Shown here: one piece after another, positions 37,021 to 64,000 of the stretch
How positions within the stretch are numbered: position 1 is the stretch's first letter
Layout: each line of letters starts with the position of its first letter
Translations under genes and position numbers: made by a program
NCBI RefSeq assembly: GCF_009914755.1
Contig: NC_060947.1
DNA: 64,000 nucleotides
Reading direction: 5' to 3' (one strand)
DNA from: the human T2T-CHM13v2.0 reference genome, Homo sapiens
Notes under the pieces: model-generated
Told to the model about the DNA's origin: nothing
The model's input: the letters and a program-made list of their open reading frames with translations, nothing else
Databases searched by the model: none

Positions 37021-38159
37021 CCACCGTAACTGTGGCAGTAAGAGGCCAGGAACTCTCACAGATACCTCGTCCAAAACCGGCAAAGGAGAGGATGGAACAT
37101 TTGCTGTAGAGGTTTTCCTGCCTCTTCATAACTCCTTGAGGCTGTGTCCTCATCCATCTTCCAGAAACCAAAAACCCTTCACACATCGCCCCTTTTGTCC
37201 CGAGCGGCGCCCGCTGCCACCTGCTTGGCAAAATAAAACGTAAGTGGAAAAATGCTCCCTTTTCCATTTTCCTCTCTAATTGAATTCTCTCCTGACCTCT
37301 CAGTTCCCCACGGCTGTGTTTCAGGTTTTGATGATAAGGAAAAGAACTCTGTATTTGGATAATACGATTTTCAGCAACCTTCAACTCAATTTCCTCTCCC
37401 CGGAGACAGTGTATCTTATAGGATAGAATGAAATCCCTTATTCATAGGGAAAAAGTTCCAATTTAATCTGAATATTCAGCGTGCCGCCGTGGCCGGGGTG
37501 ATGGATGGCGTATGGAAATATCACAGTTCAAGCAATCAGATGTCAGAATGCACTCTGCTACTGGAAGAAATAATGACGCCTATCCAATTTTCTATAAGGC
37601 GCAGAAATGCACGTTGCATCGTGAGGACCCCGGCTTTCTCCTATTACCTTACTAATCACATCTCCATTTAAACACAGAACAGAAAAGGAAGCGTGGTCAC
37701 AAATTAAGAATTAATGGAAGTGAGACTCCGCAATGGATTCGGGGCCGAGGGCCAAAGGCGGCCGCCACGTGCCGCTATTTACATGAAGTCACAGAGATGA
37801 CGGGGATGAGCGGGGTCCCCTTGTCAGAAGCTGCTGGGCCAGATGAACCTGACAAGTATCTCCTAAGAAGGATTTAGAAAAGGGGAAGATGAAATCTTTG
37901 GAGGTAATGGAGAATTAGAAGCATGTCATTACCTATAAATCCTGCGGCCCTGCACACGCTGTTGACAGCCCGGAAGATGAGACTGGCTGAGAGGAAAAAG
38001 ATTCTGAGCCTGGAACAAGCGGACCCAGATTCTAGGTGGCCAGGCTGTGTGGTTGCTTTTATCATTCCGGGAGACTTTCGGGAGGAAATGTTTGCAAAGA
38101 GCACGCAGATGGGGAAATGTTTGCAAAGAGCACGCAGATGGCATTTTCTTTTCTCTCTA

Positions 38160-44444
<6,285 letters not shown>

Positions 44445-44509
44445 TGAATTGCACCATTGGAAGCTGGGGACTGTCTGTATGCAATATTATGTATAGTTTG
44501 ATTTCTTTT

Positions 44510-45343
<834 letters not shown>

Positions 45344-46262
45344 ACAGTTACACACGGACACAGAGCCAAGGGGCCACCTGAACTCCCTCTCAGCCCTGGA
45401 ATGAAAGACCATAGGACCAGGCGCGGCGGCTCATGCCCACAATCCCAGCACAGTGGGAGGCCGAGGCAGGAGGATCGCTTGAGGCCTGGAGTTCGAGACC
45501 AACCTGGGCCACCTAGCAAGACCCTGCCCCTACCAAAAAATGTAAACAATAAAAATAAATGAAAAGCAACAATAAAAGAAGGTAGACCACGTGTTGCGGG
45601 ACCTTCCTCTCCTGGGGCGCCTTGTGGGTGTGGGCAGGGGAGGCTATTCCCGGCCTTTCACGTTCTAAAAACATCCCGTGGAAAGTGTACAGACGGCATC
45701 TGTGGGGCTCACCTCTGTGCCCGTCACTCGATCGTGGGCCTGCTGAGTGGCGCTATTTTTGGAGGGCAGCTGGGGGAGGGAGGAATTGGTACGATTTTGC
45801 TATTATAGGAAGGAAGACTAAGGGATTCCTAGGCTTGCTTACATGCTTTTTTTTTTTTTGAGACGGAGTCTCGCTGTGTCGCCCAGGCTGGAGAGCAGTG
45901 GCCCCATCTCATCTGACTGCAAGCTCTGCCTCCCGGGTTCACGCCATTCTCCAGCCTCAGCCTCCTAGAGAGTAGCTGGGGCTACAGGCGCCCGCCACCA
46001 ACACCCGGCTAATTTTTTGTATGTTTAGTAGAGACAGGGGGTCTCACCGTGTTAGCCCGGATGGTCTCAAGATCTCCTGAACTTGTGATCCGCCCGCCTC
46101 GGCCTCCCAAAGTGCTGGGATTAGAGGCGTGAGCCACCGCGCCCGGCCGCCTACATGATTGTTATAAGCCATGACCCTTTCGGCATATGAGAGAGTGTGT
46201 GAATCCTGTCAGTTCAGGGTTAGAAGCCCAGGATGCATGATTGAGGTGGCTGTCTGCAATAG

Positions 46263-46463
<201 letters not shown>

Positions 46464-46466
46464 TAA

Positions 46467-46604
<138 letters not shown>

Positions 46605-46607
46605 TAA

Positions 46608-47090
<483 letters not shown>

Positions 47091-48139
47091 AGCCCTTCAC
47101 CCTTCTTCTGTATTAAATTAGCAACCTGCAAAGCTGACCTCCGGGAGTCTCAGAGAGGCTGGCTTGTTTAATGGAACCATGTATTCTTTTTTGTTTGTTT
47201 GTTTTTTGAGGCGGAGTCCCGCTCTGTCGCCTGGGCTGGAGTGCAGTGGTGCAATCTGGGCTCACTGCAAGCTCCGCCTCCCGGGTTCACGCCATCCTCC
47301 TGCCTCAGCCTCCTGAGTAGCTGGGATGACAGGTGCCCGCCACCACGCCCGGCTCATTTTTTGTAGTTTTGGTAGAGACGGGGTTTCACTGTGTTACCCA
47401 GGATGGTCTCGATCTCCTGAACTCGTGATCCACCCGCCTCGGCCTCCCATAGTGCTGGGATGACAGGCGTGAGCCACCGTGCCCGGCCAGAAGAAAGCCT
47501 TTATGGAGAAGAATGTTGACACTATGACAGCGAATTGTGTGCCTGCTGGCTGTCTGGGTTTAACCCACCCCTCACAGCCCCACCCAGCCCCCACCAATCA
47601 GAACGTGAGCCGCCGAGGACAGGAAGGTTTCTCCTTGGTCTGTTTCTCTCACTACAGGGACCCCGGGAAATAGAATGGCACCTGTCACACGGTAGCTTTC
47701 AGACAGACACATTCAGAGTCCAGAATGTTCACCATTACACCATGGAACTGTCTTCACGGTAGCTTCCTAATACATGTTTGTTCCCTCGATAAATGAAACA
47801 AGGGCGTCGGGGCTCCAGCCTGTCATCCCAGCACTTTGGGAAGTAGAGGTGGGTAGGTTCCTTGAGTTCAGGAGTCTGAGACCAGCCTGGACAACACAGC
47901 AAGATCCAGTCTCTGCAAAAAAAAAAAAAATACACTAAATTAGCCGGGCATGGTGGCACCTGCCTGTAGGCCCAGCTACAAGGAGATAGGAGGATCACTT
48001 TAAATGTTTTGAGTCACCAACTTGGAAACATTCTTTTTGTAGAATCTCCAAAGTGACGTTTCTGAGTCCATCGAGGCTTGTAAGGAAACATAGAATATCC
48101 AATGATAAAAGCTAGAAACAAGCTATCTATGAAAATGCT

Positions 48140-48435
48140 TTGATGTGTGACTGAGTATGTGTGTGTGAGGGTATGTGTGAGTGCGTGAGTGTGAACGTAT
48201 GAGTATGTGTGTGTGTGTGAGGGTGTGTGTGTGAGGGTATGTGTGTGTGATTCAGCATTTGGCTCTGTGAGGGTACGTGTGAGTGTGAGCACGTGGCTAT
48301 TTGTGTGTGTGTGAGGGTATGTGTGAGTGCGTGTGTGATTGAGCACGTGACTGTATGTGTGTGCATGTGTGTGAGGGTACGTGTGAGTGCGTGAGCCTGT
48401 GACTGAGCACGTGGTTCTGTGTGTGCGTGTGTGTC
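48140..48435. repeat. Degenerate (TG)n/(TGAG)n simple repeat
   Basis: Visible directly. Confidence 0.85.
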
Positions 48436-49127
48436 CTTGCAGCTGGCAGGGGGTGTTGCCCAGGGAAGAACTGGGGGAAGCAGCTTTCTCCCCACTCAGG
48501 AGAGGGCCCGCACAGGGGAGCGGCCACGCAGGCCGCGCAGGAGCTTGTCCTCCTGACTTGGAGTCCCTGGCAGGAACCTGATGCTGGAGTGAAGAATATG
48601 CCTCGTTTAGGGGGCACCGTGGTTCCCACTTCCCAGCTGAGGAAGCCCCTTGGAGACAGTGGGGCTGAGATTCAGAGCCCGCCCTGGGACCCACAGTCGG
48701 ATCGCTGCTCTCCCTAGGAGACCTCCTGGGCTCCCATTTTCCCTTCTCTGCCACAGTTGCCACCTGCGTGCTGGGGCGGCAAAGCGTAAAGGCTGGCAGG
48801 TCCTTCCTCAACCCCGGAAGGTGGGAACCACAGCACGGTCATTGCCGGCGTAAAACCCCAGGGCCGTCAGGTGCTGTGTGCAGATTGAACAGCTTCATGC
48901 TTCTACGCTCACCTGCAACGGAATAGGTCGGCCCCTGGGACCACATTGTGAAATGCAATCTGAGCATTCTCTGGGCAATGACGGTGCAACCTGGACAGGC
49001 TCGGGGGGTCCCCAGCGCAGACATTGAACCTCCTCTTTGTCATTTTCCTAAAGGTTGGAAGTAGAAATCGTCCTAAATCATAGCCACGCGATTTCTCTCC
49101 GGAAAGGACGACATTTGGGTCATGTAG

Positions 49128-49496
<369 letters not shown>

Positions 49497-49553
49497 TAGC
49501 TGGGATTACAGGTGTGCACCATCATGCCTGGCTAATTTTTGTATTTTTAGTAG

Positions 49554-49730
<177 letters not shown>

Positions 49731-50396
49731 TAAGTCCTCTTTGAGATAAACGGGAATGGTTCGTGTCTTGACAGTGAGCATTTGCAGTAGAAATCACGCA
49801 CACTCAGCAGAGGGCTGCACAAGGCCAGCCGTGCTCCACCTGCCCCCCTCAAAAATTGGCCTCCGCACCTGCTGCGGCCATTTCATTACATCTCAAAACA
49901 ACGTCAACTTATTTAATAAATAGGAGAATTTTTAAATCAAGTCCCGAGGCAGGATGTATAAACTTTAGTATTGATTATGCGTCCCTAAAAGCGCTCTCAG
50001 TAAAGGGACTTTGCTTCCTTTTCCTCAGGTTCCTATGAAGTCGTTTAATCCGTCTAACTCTTATTTTATGTTGTTTTCCCCGTTTTTATTACTTTATATG
50101 ACAGTACATCTTTGTAGCCACAAACTCAATAGCATAATTGTGTGTTTTTTTTTCCCTGAGACAACAATGTGCTTTTTGTTCGAGGAGGTAATAATTCTTG
50201 ACAAAATCTGTTTTAATGTCGTACCGAAAAAAAAAACAAACCCCACAAAACCCTTAACGGACATTTGTAGTCCCCATTGGATCTAAAACACTGTGATATT
50301 GTTTGTGTAATCTGCTTTTAAAGTCACCAAAAGTGCTTTGTTGTAAATACTCTGTGATAACATTTGCTTTGTTAACGTATTTTAAATGAAATATAG

Positions 50397-50454
50397 TTAT
50401 AATTTCCCTCATGACATTTTCATTTAAATTTAAATGTCATGAGGGAAATTATAA
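50397..50454. repeat. Near-perfect AT-rich palindrome (23-bp perfect arms)
   Basis: TTATAATTTCCCTCATGACATTT (50397-50419) and AAATGTCATGAGGGAAATTATAA (50432-50454). Confidence 0.92.
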
Positions 50455-50834
50455 TTTAATTTAAAAAACGATTTAAATTTATTTAATAAATTTAATTAAT
50501 AAATAATAATATATAATAAATATATAATAATAAATAAATAATCAAATTTGTTTAAATTTAAATTTATTTAAATTTATTCATTTATTTATTTATGTATTCA
50601 TTTAGATATTTATTTAAATTTATTTAAATTTATTATTATTTATTTTTATTTTATTTCATTTTATTTATTTTATTTTATTTTATTTTAGAGACAGGGTCTC
50701 CTTCTGTTGCCCAGCTTGGAGCGCACCTGTGTGATCTCGGCTCACTGCAGACTCCGCCTCCTGGGTTCAAGAGATCCTCCTGCCTCAGCGTGCATGCACC
50801 ACCAAGCCTGGCTCATATTTTTTAGACATTTTAA

Positions 50835-51188
<354 letters not shown>

Positions 51189-51869
51189 TGACGCGCATCG
51201 TGTAGATGGAAGAGAAATCAAACGGCGCCGTCTGCCGGGGCGGGATTGCAGCCCGTTCCAATGTCTCATTTATTCCCCGGGTGCTGGGAGAGTCTCTGGG
51301 ATGACAAGACTGATGGTTCCTAACCCAGGCCGGGGCAACGCATGACTTTTGACGCCTCGGAGAAGCCCTTCCTTCCTGGACTGTATTCTGACAGGGAGTG
51401 CGTCTCACGCTTTACCCGACGGCGCCCAGAGCGACCTTCATCGCGGCCCACCGGCCAGGGCCGTCTTCTGGATCTTCAGCGGCTTGAGGAACTTTCTGTC
51501 CCCTTCTGGGTTGACTGAATTTTTATCGCGAAAAGGCACTGCCTTTGCTCAAATGCTTTTCCTGCATTTCTGCAAATGGTCATGTGAGTTTGGCCCCTTA
51601 GCCATGAATACGGTGCGTCACATTCACTGGTTTTCCAGAAAAGAGCTGTATAGAGAGAGAATTTACACAGCTGACAATGTGTCCGTTTAAACTCTTCCAA
51701 CCCGTGGCTTTCTGTATGCAGAGACTTGTGCCACCATCACCACAGTCTATTTTATTGCTTTATTTATATTTGTTTTTTTTTTTTTTTTTGAGACAGGGTC
51801 TCGCTCCTGTAGCCTTGGACTCTCAGGCTCAAGGGATCCTCCCTCCTCAGCTCCCCAAGTAGCCGGGCA

Positions 51870-53825
51870 ACGTGGCTTCTCCCGAGTAGCTGGGTGACGC
51901 TGTTTCTCCAGAGTAGCTGGGTGACGCGGTTCCTCCCGAGTATCTGGGTGACGCGGCTTCTCCAGAGTTTCTGGGTGACGCGGCTTCTCCAGAGTAGCTG
52001 GAGGATGCTGTTTCTCCCGAGTAGCTGGGTGACGCTGTTTCTCCAGAGTAGCTGGGTGACGCGGTTTCTCCCGAGTATCTGGGTGACGCGGCTTCTCCAG
52101 AGTTTCTGGGTGACGTGGCTTCTCCAGAGTAGCTGGAGGATGCTGTTTCTCCCGAGTAGCTGGGTGACGCCGTTTCTCCCGAGTAGCTGGGTGACACTGT
52201 TTCTCCCGAGTAGCTGGGTGATGTTGTTTCTCCGGAGTAGCTGGTGACGCCGTTTCTCCGGAGTAGCTGGTGATGCCGTTTCTCCAGAGTAGCTGGTGAT
52301 GCCGTTTCTCCCGAGTAGCTGGGTGATGCTGTTTCTCCAGAGTAGCTGGTGACGCTGTTTCTCCAGAGTAGCTGGTGACGCTGTTTCTCCAGAGTAGCTG
52401 GTGACGCTGTTTCTCCCGAGTAGCTGGTGACGCTGTTTCTCCAGAGTAGCTGGTGACGCTGTTTCTCCCGAGTAGCTGGTGACGCTGTTTCTCCCGAGTA
52501 GCTGGTGACGCTGTTTCTCCCGAGTAGCTGGTGACGCTGTTTCTCCCGAGTAGCTGGGTGATGTTGTTTCTCCGGAGTAGCTGGTGACGCCGTTTCTCCG
52601 GAGTAGCTGGTGACGCCGTTTCTCCCGAGTAGCTGGGTGATGCCGTTTCTCCAGAGTAGCTGGTGACGCCGTTTCTCCCGAGTAGCTGGGTGACGCCGTT
52701 TCTCCAGAGTAGCTGGTGACGCCGTTTCTCCCGAGTAGCTGGGTGAAGCCGTTTCTCCAGAGTAGCTGGTGACGCCGTTTCTCCCGAGTAGCTGGGTGAC
52801 GCCGTTTCTCCCGAGTAGCTGGTGACGCCGTTTCTCCCGAGTAGCTGGTGACGCCGTTTCTCCCGAGTAGCTGGTGACGCCGTTTCTCCAGAGTAGCTGA
52901 GTGACGCCGTTTCTCCCGAGTAGCTGGTGACGCCGTTTCTCCCGAGTAGCTGGTGACGCCGTTTCTCCCGAGTAGCTGAGTGACGCCGTTTCTCCCGAGT
53001 AGCTGGTGACGCCGTTTCTCCCGAGTAGCTGAGTGACGCCGTTTCTCCCGAGTAGCTGGTGACGCCGTTTCTCCCGAGTAGCTGAGTGATGCCGTTTCTC
53101 CCGAGTAGCTGGTGACGCCGTTTCTCCCGAGTAGCTGGTGACGCCGTTTCTCCAGAGTAGCTGGTGACGCCGTTTCTCCCGAGTAGCTGGTGACGCCGTT
53201 TCTCCCGAGTAGCTGGTGACGCCGTTTCTCCCGAGTAGCTGAGTGACGCCGTTTCTCCCGAGTAGCTGGTGACGCCGTTTCTCCCGAGTAGCTGGTGACG
53301 CCGTTTCTCCAGAGTAGCTGAGTGACGCCGTTTCTCCAGAGTAGCTGAGTGACGCCGTTTCTCCCGAGTAGCGGGTGACGCCGTTTCTCCCGAGTAGCTG
53401 AGTGACGCCGTTTCTCCAGAGTAGCTGGTGACGCTGTTTCTCCCGAGTAGCTGGTGACGCTGTTTCTCCCGAGTAGCTGGTGACGCTGTTTCTCCCGAGT
53501 AGCTGGTGACGCTGTTTCTCCCGAGTAGCTGGGTGATGTTGTTTCTCCGGAGTAGCTGGTGACGCTGTTTCTCCGGAGTAGCTGGTGACGCTGTTTCTCC
53601 CGAGTAGCTGGTGACGCCGTTTCTCCCGAGTAGCTGGTGATGCCGTTTCTCCGGAGTAGCTGGTGACGCCGTTTCTCCCGAGTAGCTGGGTGACGCGGTT
53701 TCTCCCGAGTATCTGGGTGACGCGGCTTCTCCTGAGTAGCTGGGTGACGCGGTTTCTCCAGAGTAGCTGGGTGACGCTGTTTCTCCCGAGTAGCTGGGTG
53801 ACGCGGTTTTTCCCGAGTACCTGGG

Positions 53826-53830
<5 letters not shown>
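51870..53830. repeat. 26/27-bp VNTR, ~74 copies
   Basis: Unit TTCTCCCGAGTAGCTG(G)GTGACGCCGT; explains the 678-696 aa ORFs. Confidence 0.97.
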
Positions 53831-59800
<5,970 letters not shown>

Positions 59801-60319
59801 TTGCAAGGAAGGAATGAAGGGATTTATTGAAAATGGAAGTACCCTCCACAGCGTGGGAGGAGACCGAGAAGAGGAGCTCAAAGACTAAAGGGACGGGCTT
59901 TTAAAGACATTTAATTAAAAGGAATTAAATTTCCCTTATGACATTTAGAAAAAAGTCAAGTCTAAATGGTACAAAACAGTCAGCTTGCTTTGTGCCTTGG
60001 CGGCCGCGTATGAAACATCATTAGAATAGAACCGGAAGCATCTAGATTTTCACTTTTCACCCTGAAAGATGAAACAGAGATGAAAGCAGTCACCAATTTT
60101 CTCTAATTATTTTGCAATTAAGCGTCCGAGCACCCCAGGTAGCGTGGACTCCCACAGCTCTTAAACCAAATACCTGACTTTCTGAAATTAATTATAAAAA
60201 TGGATCAAGGGGTGGTTTTCACGTGGTGGCTGATGAATGCTTTCTGAGTCTTGTTTTCCTGTTTGTTTACCGTGGCACGTAAGACGTACAGAACATAAAA
60301 TTCACCGTGTGAGCCATTT

Positions 60320-61235
<916 letters not shown>

Positions 61236-61414
61236 CAAATCCCGCCTTTCATTTACACTGCCCCCACCCCTGCCCACCCCAGGGAAGGTCTTTATTCTTA
61301 AATCTGCCTTTCTGACCTCTCTTCCCAAATGTGTGTATTTCTAACAGATCTCCGAGTCCAGATCACGCACACCGTTTTCCATAATCCAGGGATTTGGAGC
61401 CGCCGGAGGGGTGA

Positions 61415-62341
<927 letters not shown>

Positions 62342-62444
62342 TGAGCTGTCCAGGAGGCTGACAGGGAGGACGTCCCTTCGGTATCCCCCTTTTGCCACAG
62401 AAGAGCCCGTGTGGACCCCTGAGTCCCGGACCACCGGGCAGCCA

Positions 62445-63804
<1,360 letters not shown>

Positions 63805-64000
63805 TGAGCAGCTGCGATTACAGGCACCCGCCACCACGCCCGGCTAATTTTTGTGTTTTTAGTAGAGACGGGGTTTCACCGTGTTGGCCAGGCTGGTCTC
63901 GAACTCCTGACCTCGTGATCCGCCCGCCTCGGCCTCCCAGAGCGCTGGGATTCCAGGCGTGAGCCGCATTCGTTCCCTTGACCGTAAACGTCTGCAGGCG

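Overview
Human/primate genomic DNA, GC-rich and extremely Alu-dense, recognisable as pseudoautosomal region 1 (Xp22.33/Yp11.3). It holds the 5' part of PPP2R3B (PP2A B'' subunit PR70/PR48) on the minus strand: coding exon 1 (31633-31956) in a CpG-island promoter, coding exon 2 (6155-6340), and about 32 kb of upstream intergenic DNA. Best finding: a second CpG island in intron 1 holds an intact, phase-compatible candidate alternative first exon (19096-19221). Its 42-aa product closely matches the N-terminus of the paralogous PPP2R3A/PR72 isoform as I recall it. The window also has many tandem expansions: a 37-bp VNTR with 15 perfect GLI sites, a 26/27-bp VNTR whose unit is an Alu/THE1-LTR insertion junction, 13x, 5x and 5x arrays of single Alu arms, and several other minisatellites. 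About 29 Alu sites share one TAATCC>TCATCC substitution. There is also an inverted ~180-bp duplication and an AT-rich palindrome. Most long ORFs in the track are repeat artefacts. Repeat boundaries and subfamilies are by eye and approximate; no database was searched.
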